A DNA stretch of 64,000 nt from an uncultured Parabacteroides sp. (GTDB lineage Bacteria; Bacteroidota; Bacteroidia; Bacteroidales; Tannerellaceae). Position numbers and translations under genes: made by a program. The notes beneath the pieces are model-generated. The model worked only from the letters and a program-made list of their open reading frames with translations, ran no database searches and was not told where the DNA came from. Numbering within the stretch: position 1 is the first letter of the stretch; every line of letters begins with the position of its first letter. Shown here piece after piece: positions 37,756 through 46,558 of the stretch. Location: positions 12,758-76,757 of the forward strand of contig CALUZS010000015.1 in NCBI GenBank assembly GCA_944325355.1, given 5' to 3'.

Positions 37756-38460
37756 ATGGAGACGGCTCTTTATTTGATACCGGTAACGTTGGGGGATACG
37801 GAATATGCACGGGTCTTTCCTGCATACAATAGGAATATTGTTGTACAGATAAGGCATTTTATCGTAGAAAATGTCAGAAGCGCCCGCCGTTTTCTGAAGA
37901 AAATGGAGCCGATGATATCTATTGATGATTTGACATTCTATGAACTGAATAAGCATACCGCGCCGGAACAGGTAAGCGGTTACTTGAAACCATTGGAACA
38001 AGGCTGTTCTGTTGGAGTTATTTCTGAAGCCGGCTGCCCGGCGGTAGCCGATCCTGGAGCAGATGTTGTGGCTATAGCCCAACGGAAGCATTATAAGGTC
38101 GTACCTTTGGTCGGACCCTCTTCCATTTTGTTGTCTGTAATGGCGTCAGGATTTAATGGGCAAAGCTTTGCTTTTCATGGTTATCTCCCGATTGACCAAC
38201 AAGAACGGGCAAATACCATCAAGCGGTTGGAGGGACGGATTTATACGGAATGCCAAACACAGCTGTTTATAGAGACTCCTTACCGGAATAACCGGCTTGT
38301 AGAGGAACTGATACGGATTTGTCGTCCTTCCACGAAGCTATGTATTGCTTCGAATATCACTTGTGAAGATGAATATATCTGTACGCGCCCGATAAAAGAG
38401 TGGAGCGGTTGTCTTCCTGATTTGAATAAAAAACCGACAATATTTCTTATATATAAATAA
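37756..38460 (+). CDS. Tetrapyrrole-methylase family SAM methyltransferase (RsmI-like)
   Basis: LYLIPVTLG, SEAGCPAVADPG, LVGPSS, SGFNGQ, FIETPYRN. Confidence 0.88.
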   Translation: METALYLIPVTLGDTEYARVFPAYNRNIVVQIRHFIVENVRSARRFLKKMEPMISIDDLTFYELNKHTAPEQVSGYLKPLEQGCSVGVISEAGCPAVADPGADVVAIAQRKHYKVVPLVGPSSILLSVMASGFNGQSFAFHGYLPIDQQERANTIKRLEGRIYTECQTQLFIETPYRNNRLVEELIRICRPSTKLCIASNITCEDEYICTRPIKEWSGCLPDLNKKPTIFLIYK

Positions 38461-38472
38461 ATAGTTCTCGGG

Positions 38473-39048
38473 ATGGCATATCAGGCACATGCGACAGCAG
38501 TAATAGATGACGGTGCACAAATTGGTGACGGGACGAAGATCTGGCATTTTTCTCATATCATGGATGGATGCAAAATTGGAAGTAATTGCATTATCGGTCA
38601 GAATGTATTTATAGCGGAGGGGGCAGTTTTGGGCAACCGGGTGAAGGTACAGAATAATGTGTCGGTATATTCCGGTGTCGTTTGTGAAGATGATGTCTTT
38701 CTCGGACCGAGTTGTGTCTTTACAAACGTGATTAACCCTCGCAGTTTTGTGGAGCGGAAAGATAAATACTTGGCTACCTTAGTCGGTCAAGGAGCTACGG
38801 TGGGTGCGAATGCGACGGTGGTTTGTGGGCATACCATCGGCAGGTATTCCATGATTGGCGCAGGATCTGTCGTTACCAAAGATGTTCCGCCTTATGCATT
38901 GGTGGTAGGAAATCCTGCCCGGCAGGTGGGATGGGTAAGTGAATATGGCTGTCGTCTCTCTTTCGATAAGGCAGGATTTGCGGTCTGTCCGGAGAGCGGT
39001 ATGCGCTATCGGCTGGCTGTTTCGGGAACGGTTGAGCGGATTGTATGA
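38473..39048 (+). CDS. Hexapeptide-repeat N-acetyltransferase (WbpD/WlbB-like)
   Basis: Left-handed beta-helix repeats; [37 protein letters not shown]. Confidence 0.88.
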   Translation: MAYQAHATAVIDDGAQIGDGTKIWHFSHIMDGCKIGSNCIIGQNVFIAEGAVLGNRVKVQNNVSVYSGVVCEDDVFLGPSCVFTNVINPRSFVERKDKYLATLVGQGATVGANATVVCGHTIGRYSMIGAGSVVTKDVPPYALVVGNPARQVGWVSEYGCRLSFDKAGFAVCPESGMRYRLAVSGTVERIV

Positions 39049-39130
39049 AAATTGTTTTACAGATTTAATATTGATGTTATCATTTTGTAATACGCAAGTG
39101 TTTGTTTTGCAGTATAAAAATGAAATAATT

Positions 39131-39928
39131 ATGGAATTACAAACGTATTATCCTACGGTCGTTTTGTCAGACATCCATTTGGCATCAGAATATTCTAAAA
39201 CAGAAGAGGTAACGAATTTTCTTCGCCATATCCGTTGCGATTTGCTTATATTGAATGGAGATATTATTGACGGATGGCAGTTGCAGAAATCAAGGAGGAG
39301 CTGGAAGAAACAACATACCGACTTTTTCAAAGAACTGATGCGGATGATGGAAAAAGATAATACGAAGATTGTATATGTGAGGGGAAATCATGATGATTTT
39401 CTCGACAGTTTGGTTCCATTCAGATTCTCAAATATATCGATAGTTAAAGACTATTTGCTGACAAGTTTCGGCAAGACATATTGGGTAACGCATGGAGATG
39501 TGTTCGATACGATAACGGAAAATATGCGTTGGCTGGCGAAACTGGGGGATGTTGGCTATACTTTCCTGCTTTGGCTGAATAAACTTTACAACCGTTACCG
39601 GGAAAGAAAAGGAAAACCCTATTACTCATTGTCGCAAAAAGTGAAGCATAAAGTCAAAAGTGCCGTTTCTTATATCTCTGATTTTGAGAAAGAGCTGGTG
39701 AAGCTGGCAGAGTCGAAAAAAGTTGACGGCGTTATTTGCGGGCATATCCATCAGGCAGCCGATATGTATTACGGGAATGTGCATTATTTGAATTCGGGCG
39801 ATTGGGTGGAAAGTCTTACTGCCTTGGTTCAGAATGAACAAGGGGTTTGGTCTATTCTTGAATATTGCCAGATTACGAAGCAGGAGGATATCGAAATTTA
39901 TAAGCCGTTTTATCCGGAGGCTATATGA
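39131..39928 (+). CDS. Calcineurin-like metallophosphoesterase (LpxH/YbbF/PlcP-like)
   Basis: SDIHL, NGDIIDGW, RGNHDD, HGDVFD, CGHIH, LNSGDWVE; start trimmed to MELQT. Confidence 0.85.
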   Translation: MELQTYYPTVVLSDIHLASEYSKTEEVTNFLRHIRCDLLILNGDIIDGWQLQKSRRSWKKQHTDFFKELMRMMEKDNTKIVYVRGNHDDFLDSLVPFRFSNISIVKDYLLTSFGKTYWVTHGDVFDTITENMRWLAKLGDVGYTFLLWLNKLYNRYRERKGKPYYSLSQKVKHKVKSAVSYISDFEKELVKLAESKKVDGVICGHIHQAADMYYGNVHYLNSGDWVESLTALVQNEQGVWSILEYCQITKQEDIEIYKPFYPEAI

Positions 39929-41079
39929 AATACTTATTTATTATACAGGGTGAAGGACGAGGGCATTTGACACAGGCTCTCTCTTTACGGCAGAAACTAA
40001 TTGCCGAGGGTAACCAGGTTGTAGGAGTGTTGGTAGGAAAAAGCCCTGCACGCCGGTTACCTTCTTTTTTTGTAGAAAAGATAAAGGCTCCGATATATAC
40101 ATTTGAAAGCCCGAATTTCCTGCCCTCTCCTAAAAATAAAAAAGTGGGATTGGGGAAAAGCATCGGATATAATTTGTTCCGTTTGCATAAATATGTTCAT
40201 AGTATCCGTTATATCAACCATATTATAAAAGAGAGCTCTGCCGATGTTGTCGTAAACTTTTACGAACTATTGACGGGACTGACGTATTTGTTCTGCCGTC
40301 CGAATGCACGGATGATTTGTATCGCTCATCAATATCTGTTCTTGCATCCGGATTTCTGCTTCCCGGAATGCAACCGGTTGTCATTGTTCATGTTGAAACT
40401 GTTCACTCGTATGACGGCTATCGGAGCATCGAAAAAACTGGCATTGTCGTTTCGTAAAATGCGTGAGGTGATATCCGACAATTTAATAGTGGTTCCGCCA
40501 TTAATCCGTAAGGAGGTTTTGGATGCTACTCCAGAGAATGGTAACTACCTGTTAGGTTATCTTCTGAACAGTGGATTTTCTGAGGAGGTGCAAGCATGGC
40601 ATGAGCAGCATAGTCAAGTTCCATTGCACATTTTCTGGGATAAAAAGGATGCAGAAAAGGAATTTCAGGTTGATTCCATGCTCTCTTTTCATACGTTGGA
40701 CGACTCTCTTTTCATAAAATATATGTCTGGAGCAAAAGCGTATGCAACAACCGCAGGTTTTGAGTCGGTATGCGAAGCGATGTATTTGGGCAAGCCGGTT
40801 TTGATGATACCGGTACATATCGAACAGGCATGCAATGCTTATGATGCCTCTATTGCCGGTGCCGGGATAAAATCTGATTATTTTGATTTGGACTTGTTGC
40901 AAAGTTTGTCGGAAACATATAAAGTGAATCAGACATTCCGGGAATGGGTTCGGCAGGCGGATTGGTTGATCTTAAGAGAATTCAACCAAGATTTGTTATA
41001 TGGAATATATCATACTTCAAGAATAAACAGGTTGCTGACCAATCAAATAGGAAAGTTAGGCAAGTATCTGCCGCTTTGA
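39925..41079 (+). CDS. GT-B glycosyltransferase (MJ1255/GT28-like)
   Basis: IQGEGRGH, VVNFYE, TTAGFESVCEAMYLGKP, HIEQACNA; ATGA overlap with the phosphoesterase. Confidence 0.85.
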   Translation: MKYLFIIQGEGRGHLTQALSLRQKLIAEGNQVVGVLVGKSPARRLPSFFVEKIKAPIYTFESPNFLPSPKNKKVGLGKSIGYNLFRLHKYVHSIRYINHIIKESSADVVVNFYELLTGLTYLFCRPNARMICIAHQYLFLHPDFCFPECNRLSLFMLKLFTRMTAIGASKKLALSFRKMREVISDNLIVVPPLIRKEVLDATPENGNYLLGYLLNSGFSEEVQAWHEQHSQVPLHIFWDKKDAEKEFQVDSMLSFHTLDDSLFIKYMSGAKAYATTAGFESVCEAMYLGKPVLMIPVHIEQACNAYDASIAGAGIKSDYFDLDLLQSLSETYKVNQTFREWVRQADWLILREFNQDLLYGIYHTSRINRLLTNQIGKLGKYLPL

Positions 41080-41098
41080 AATCACACAACGGTTATAA

Positions 41099-41146
41099 AG
41101 AGAGAGAGGGTGTCCGTTTCTTTAACGCATCCTCTTTTTGTTTTTT
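41099..41146 (+). terminator. Probable terminator after the glycosyltransferase
   Basis: AGAGGGTG..CGTT / AACGCATCCTCT imperfect stem followed by TTTTGTTTTTT. Confidence 0.5.
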
Positions 41147-41257
41147 AGATGTCTACTTGGATTTCCTTTTCATTAGCTCTGATTCCCTTTGTTGATATGT
41201 ATGTAAAGATTCACACTATTTGCTTGGCGAATGTTTGTTAAGTGGAAATGATTGCCT

Positions 41258-41265
41258 TATTTTTG
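41258..41265 (+). promoter_or_regulatory. -7 promoter box for the ECF sigma gene
   Basis: TATTTTTG upstream of 41313. Confidence 0.5.
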
Positions 41266-41312
41266 CAGGGTGAAAAGGTGGCAGTTGGGAATTGCGCATT
41301 TTTTAAGGAGAG

Positions 41313-41855
41313 ATGACAGAACAACAAATCAGGCGTTATTTAAGACAAATTGGGCAAGAGCATTCACAAACGGCATTACGGAATTTTTTTGAGATGTGCT
41401 ATGACCGTTTTTTCCGTATTGCATATTTCTTCCTGCACCGGGAAGATTGGGCGCAGGAAGTTGTTATTGATGTCTTTTTTAAGGTATGGGAACGGCGATT
41501 GACCTTGTCCCATATCCAGAATCTGGAAGATTATTTTTTTATTATGCTGAAAAACGCTTCACTTGATTTCTTATCCCGGGAAGAGAAATATGGGGAAGGA
41601 GGAAATGCTGAGATGCGTTCTTTGGAACAATCCCCGGAAGAAAAGATGATTTCGGAAGAACTTTTTTCTGCTTATGTAAAGGCTCTCGACCGTTTGCCCG
41701 ACCGTTGCCGAGCCGTATTTATCCTTGTCAGGGAAGAAAAGAAGAGTTATTCGGAAGTTGCCGGACAATTAGGAATTAGTGTAAAGACAGTGGATGCACA
41801 ATTGCAGAAAGCCCAAAACCGCCTTAAGGAAATGCTGTTCCCCGAAAACGATTAG
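41313..41855 (+). CDS. ECF RNA polymerase sigma-70 factor (FecI/Bacteroides expansion type)
   Basis: Region 2 (AQEVVIDVFFKVW, KNASLD) and region 4 (LDRLPDRCRAVF...SYSEVA..LGISVKTV). Confidence 0.92.
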   Translation: MTEQQIRRYLRQIGQEHSQTALRNFFEMCYDRFFRIAYFFLHREDWAQEVVIDVFFKVWERRLTLSHIQNLEDYFFIMLKNASLDFLSREEKYGEGGNAEMRSLEQSPEEKMISEELFSAYVKALDRLPDRCRAVFILVREEKKSYSEVAGQLGISVKTVDAQLQKAQNRLKEMLFPEND

Positions 41856-41895
41856 ACCGTTATTCTTTTTTCTCAATATTTTTTTGAATTGCCGA

Positions 41896-41923
41896 TAGGG
41901 AATTTCCCCGATTTCCCAGTCTT
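41896..41923 (+). promoter_or_regulatory. Possible ECF-sigma-dependent promoter (TAGGG-N18-GTCTT) for fecR and the receptor
   Basis: Lies between sigma and anti-sigma genes where such promoters are expected; motif identity recalled from other Bacteroidetes ECF loci, not verified. Confidence 0.3.
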
Positions 41924-41946
41924 ATAAGTGAAACTAAAGTGAAAAG

Positions 41947-42816
41947 ATGGAAATGGAGTCGGATAATATGAAGGAAATAATAGACCGATTGGCAACATCT
42001 ACCCGTTCGCCACGAGGAAAATATGCGGCGAAAGAGAGTTGGAAGTTGTTGGAACAGCGGATACATCCTCATGTAGCAAAACGGAGAATGCGGATTCGTA
42101 TGGCATTGTCGGTAGCAGCTTCTTTGTTGCTGTTGTTTGTCGGGTATTCTGTGGCACGTTATATGTATGATACTTCGGTTCAGACGGTATCAACGCAGGC
42201 CGGTGTATTGGAAATAACGCTTCCCGATAGCAGTAAAGTTATGTTGAACCGTTATTCTTCTCTTTCTTATCCCCGCCGCTTCCGAAAAAAGCAACGGAAT
42301 GTTTCTTTGTCCGGTGAAGCTTACTTTGAAGTTGAAAAAAATCCGGAATATCCTTTTGTATTAAATGCAGGTTCTGTCTCGGTTAAAGTATTGGGTACGC
42401 ATTTTAACGTAGAGTCTTACCCGGGAGACGGAATCGTCCGGACGACGTTGCTGGAAGGTTCTGTGTCGGTGGAGAGCCCGAGTGGCAATTTGCTGCTTGT
42501 TCCAAACGAGAGTGCCGTTTTTAATAACCAGACCGGAGCGTTTCGTCGGGAGACGGTCGAGCCAGAGGAAGAAGTAATGGCTTGGCGTACCGGGAAGCTG
42601 GTCTTTAATAATCTGCCATTGGGGGAGATTGCCCGCCGCCTCGGCAATGCTTTTCATGTAAAGATTGAAGTTAAAAGCGAAGCATTGGAAGAGTTCCGTA
42701 TCCGGGCTGAGTTTTCCAGAGGAGAGAGTTTAACGGAAATTCTCAGGATGCTTTCAAAATCGGGTAATTTCTACTGTACACAGGAAAAGGGAGTAATAGT
42801 AATTTGGGAAAAATAG
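41947..42816 (+). CDS. FecR family anti-sigma factor
   Basis: One TM helix, then LPDSSKVMLN, LSGEAYFEV, VLGTHFNV, LLEGSV, AWRTGKLVF. Confidence 0.92.
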   Translation: MEMESDNMKEIIDRLATSTRSPRGKYAAKESWKLLEQRIHPHVAKRRMRIRMALSVAASLLLLFVGYSVARYMYDTSVQTVSTQAGVLEITLPDSSKVMLNRYSSLSYPRRFRKKQRNVSLSGEAYFEVEKNPEYPFVLNAGSVSVKVLGTHFNVESYPGDGIVRTTLLEGSVSVESPSGNLLLVPNESAVFNNQTGAFRRETVEPEEEVMAWRTGKLVFNNLPLGEIARRLGNAFHVKIEVKSEALEEFRIRAEFSRGESLTEILRMLSKSGNFYCTQEKGVIVIWEK

Positions 42817-42825
42817 GATTAGAAA

Positions 42826-45510
42826 ATGGAGAGTAATCGCGTTGAGTTGTGTTTCCTTGCGAGGATGGTTGTATTTTATTGCCTGCTTATGACTGTTTCT
42901 CCGGTGAAAGCACAAAATGAGAAGTTGATAGAAGTTCATGTCCGGAATGCTTCGCTGGAAGAGTTTGTGAAGTACATGGAGTCGGTCTCTGAATATTCAT
43001 TTATATATGGGGAGGATGTTCGGCTTAGGCATCCTGTTTCTTTGGATATGAAAAGCAATATATCCGGAATCCTTCGGAAAGCGTTTGCCTTGGATGCGGT
43101 AAATTTTTCTTTATCAGGGAAACATATCATACTGTCGAAAGGAAAAGAGAAATATACGATAAGCGGATACATCACGGACAGTCTCTCTTTGGAAACGTTG
43201 ATTGGAGCCAATATCATTGAATCTTCGCGGCATGTGGGGACGTCCACCAATTCTTTCGGCTACTATTCGTTGACATTACCGGCAGGTGAAACGGAACTTG
43301 TGTTTTCTTATATGGGGTATGGCAGCCGTCGTTGCCGGTTCACATTAGATAAAGATACGCTGATGAACTTGCGGCTGGGAGTTTCTTCCGATAATAGCCT
43401 GGAAGAGATTGTCGTGTTGTCGGATAAGAAACCTGCAGGAATATATGCTACTGAAATGGGAACTTTGGAGATTCCGATGACCCAAATCCGGAATACTCCG
43501 GCTCTTTTGGGAGAAGCGGATATTTTGAAGACAATCCAGTTGATGCCGGGAGTGCAGGCTGGAACGGAAGGTTTCAGCGGTATGTATGTACGTGGTGGAG
43601 GTCCGGACCAGAACCTGATTTTGCTCGACGGTATTCCGGTATATAATGCCGACCACATGCTGGGGGTCTTTTCGGTATTTACCCCTGAGGCAGTAAAGAA
43701 TGTAACACTGTTCAAAAGTTCATTCCCGGCACGTTTCGGCGGACGTCTTTCGTCTGTCATAGATATCAGGACCAATGATGGAGATATGCAGTCTTACCAC
43801 GGGACGGTGAGCATTGGTCTGCTGACCAGCAAAGTTCATTTGGAAGGACCTGTGATAAAAGGGAAAACATCTTTCTGCCTGACAGCAAGGCGTACCTATT
43901 TTGATTTTTTCACTAAGCCGTTTTTAAAGGATAACCAGGATTTGGGATATTATTTTTACGACATCAATGCAAAGGTGAATCACAAGTTTTCCGACAGGAG
44001 CCGGTTGTTTTTTAGTTTTTATAAGGGAAAAGACCATTATGACTACTCACAGGATGCCCAATATGACGGTTATGAAGAACATGCGCCGGTTGTCCGGATG
44101 TATAACGATAAGTTAAACTTGAATTGGGGTAATACGATAGCCGCACTCCGATGGAATTATGTGTATAACAATAAGCTGTTTAGCAAAACGACTGTCGCTT
44201 ATAATCATTACAATATGCAGATGGATGGAAGTTTTCGTAAGGATGTGCAAGGTGAAGAATCCGGGAACTTTTACCGATATAATTCAGATTACCATTCAGG
44301 AATTACGGATTGGAGTGTACAGTCGGATTTTGAATACATCCCTGTTCCGGCGCATCAAATCAAGTTCGGCATCGGTTATCTGTTTCATTCGTTCCGTCCG
44401 GAGGTGATGGCTTCCCGTATTACGGAATCTTCCGGAGATGAGTTTGCCCAAGACACAACTTTCAATACCAATCCGGATAATCATTTGTTGGGGCATGAGT
44501 TGTCGGTTTATCTGGAGGATAATTTTAATATCGGGAAGCGGTTCAGCATGAATGCGGGTGTCCATCTTTCGTTGTTTTATACGCAAGGGAGGGGCTATTT
44601 TTCGGCACAGCCGCGATTGTCTCTCCGTTATCTGATAGGAAAAGATTTCGCAGTCAAGACGGCGTTTTCGCGGATGTCGCAATATGTACACCTGTTAACC
44701 TCGTCTCAAATTATGCTTCCTACGGATTTGTGGGTTCCCGTGACAAAAAGAATCCGGCCGATGGACGCTTACCAGTATTCGTTGGGAGGATATTATACAG
44801 GTTTGAAGGGATGGGAGTTCTCTTTGGAAGGATATATCAAAAGGATGAACAATGTGCTGGAATATCAGGACGGGGCATCTTTCTTTGCTTCTTCTACCGG
44901 TTGGGAAGAAAAGGTGGAAATGGGTCAGGGACGTTCGATGGGAATGGAGTTGCTGATACAGAAGACACAGGGAAAGACAACAGGTTGGTTAGGGTATACG
45001 TTGGCAAAGAGCGACCGACAGTTTAAGGACGGGACAATCAATAACGGGAAACGTTTCCCTTATAAATATGACCGCCGTCATAGCATTAGCCTTTGCGTCA
45101 ACCATAAATTCAGCGATAAGGTAGATCTTGGTATCTCTTGGATATTTAACACCGGCGGAACCGCCAGCGTAGGTGAGTTCCGTACTTCCATCATTATTCC
45201 CGGTGGCGGAATTACGGAAATTGACTATATCCCTGAGCGGAACAATTACCGCCTGCCTTCGAGCCACCGCCTGAATATCGGGGTGAATTTCCATAAAAAG
45301 GTGCGTCGTGGTGAACACATATACAATGTGTCCGTATATAATATTTATAATGCGATGAATCCGACATTCGTGAATTTGGAAGAAAATTACATTTATCATG
45401 AGGGAGGTGATGATACAGGAGGAGAAGTTTGGCCGGAATACAGGCCTAAGTTGAAGAAACTGACACTTCTTCCTTGTGTGCCCTCCTTTACTTATACCTT
45501 TAAATTTTAG
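42826..45510 (+). CDS. TonB-dependent transducer (STN + CarboxypepD_reg-like + plug + barrel), non-SusC type
   Basis: N-terminal STN-like segment, plug DILKTIQLMPGV/YVRGGGPDQN, FPARFGGRLSSVID, C-terminal YTFKF. Confidence 0.9.
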   Translation: MESNRVELCFLARMVVFYCLLMTVSPVKAQNEKLIEVHVRNASLEEFVKYMESVSEYSFIYGEDVRLRHPVSLDMKSNISGILRKAFALDAVNFSLSGKHIILSKGKEKYTISGYITDSLSLETLIGANIIESSRHVGTSTNSFGYYSLTLPAGETELVFSYMGYGSRRCRFTLDKDTLMNLRLGVSSDNSLEEIVVLSDKKPAGIYATEMGTLEIPMTQIRNTPALLGEADILKTIQLMPGVQAGTEGFSGMYVRGGGPDQNLILLDGIPVYNADHMLGVFSVFTPEAVKNVTLFKSSFPARFGGRLSSVIDIRTNDGDMQSYHGTVSIGLLTSKVHLEGPVIKGKTSFCLTARRTYFDFFTKPFLKDNQDLGYYFYDINAKVNHKFSDRSRLFFSFYKGKDHYDYSQDAQYDGYEEHAPVVRMYNDKLNLNWGNTIAALRWNYVYNNKLFSKTTVAYNHYNMQMDGSFRKDVQGEESGNFYRYNSDYHSGITDWSVQSDFEYIPVPAHQIKFGIGYLFHSFRPEVMASRITESSGDEFAQDTTFNTNPDNHLLGHELSVYLEDNFNIGKRFSMNAGVHLSLFYTQGRGYFSAQPRLSLRYLIGKDFAVKTAFSRMSQYVHLLTSSQIMLPTDLWVPVTKRIRPMDAYQYSLGGYYTGLKGWEFSLEGYIKRMNNVLEYQDGASFFASSTGWEEKVEMGQGRSMGMELLIQKTQGKTTGWLGYTLAKSDRQFKDGTINNGKRFPYKYDRRHSISLCVNHKFSDKVDLGISWIFNTGGTASVGEFRTSIIIPGGGITEIDYIPERNNYRLPSSHRLNIGVNFHKKVRRGEHIYNVSVYNIYNAMNPTFVNLEENYIYHEGGDDTGGEVWPEYRPKLKKLTLLPCVPSFTYTFKF

Positions 45511-45515
45511 AAAAG

Positions 45516-46514
45516 ATGAAAAAGTCCGCTTATTTATTTCTGTTGTTGCTGTTTGTCCTGTCAGCGTGCGAAAATGAAATACCGTACCGCATGGACACTG
45601 TGGAGCCGAAATTGATTATGAACGCGCTTTTGGAAGCAGATGCTAATCAGAATATCGTTTATTTGAATTTGAGTGGTAGCACAGGCGTTAAGAATATTAC
45701 AGAGGGGTCGGTTACTTTGTATGTGAATGGCGAAGAAAAGGAAGTGGTGGTTGCAGAGAGCGAAGCGTGGTGGGATGAAGATTACAGGAAAATCTGTATC
45801 TTGAAGACCCGGTTTCATCCCGGGGATGTCCTAAGGTTGGAAGCAGTTGCCGAACATGGAAAATATTATTCATGGGCAGAAGTGACGGTACCCTATCCGG
45901 TGGAAAGCATAAAGACGGATACTTTGTTTACGGAAATGAAGATAAATAATTTTATCCAATCCTGTTTGCAGTATAAAATAACCTTTGACGATATACCGGG
46001 ACAGCACAATTATTACCGTTTGCAGATGAAATCGGGAGAGAGCAGGGGGGATCTTCCGATTCCACCCGATTATCTTCCCGATAGATATTATTACATTGAC
46101 AACATCATAAATTGGGAGGATGTCGTATTGACGGACGGTCATATTATGACGGATGACGATAATAATTACAACATATTTGACCTTTCGATACAAAACAAGT
46201 ATAATGTTTTTACGGACCGGCTGTTTGAGGATGCTTCATATACGTTGAAAGTTTATGTCCCTCATGGCTTCTTCAACGATAATTGGAGTGAGTTTTATAG
46301 GGCTACATGGACTGTTATTTGTTTGATGAGCATCAATGAGGCGGATTACCGGTATTATAGGGCGATGAACTGCCTTGAGTCGGACAATTACGATGAAATG
46401 TTTATGGAACCGGTTATCGTTCCGAACAATGTGGAGGAAGGCTATGGATTCGTCGGTGCGTCATCTGCTTGTACAGACACGATGCGTGTTTTTTATGCCC
46501 CTCCATCCTGGTAA
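45516..46514 (+). CDS. DUF4249-like lipoprotein
   Basis: Lipobox LSAC, PKLIMNALL, EPVIVPNNVEEGYGFVGA; typical partner of this receptor type. Confidence 0.8.
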   Translation: MKKSAYLFLLLLFVLSACENEIPYRMDTVEPKLIMNALLEADANQNIVYLNLSGSTGVKNITEGSVTLYVNGEEKEVVVAESEAWWDEDYRKICILKTRFHPGDVLRLEAVAEHGKYYSWAEVTVPYPVESIKTDTLFTEMKINNFIQSCLQYKITFDDIPGQHNYYRLQMKSGESRGDLPIPPDYLPDRYYYIDNIINWEDVVLTDGHIMTDDDNNYNIFDLSIQNKYNVFTDRLFEDASYTLKVYVPHGFFNDNWSEFYRATWTVICLMSINEADYRYYRAMNCLESDNYDEMFMEPVIVPNNVEEGYGFVGASSACTDTMRVFYAPPSW

Positions 46515-46558
46515 GGAAACAATTTCGGCGAATATCGGGATTGCCGGTATGATATGTG

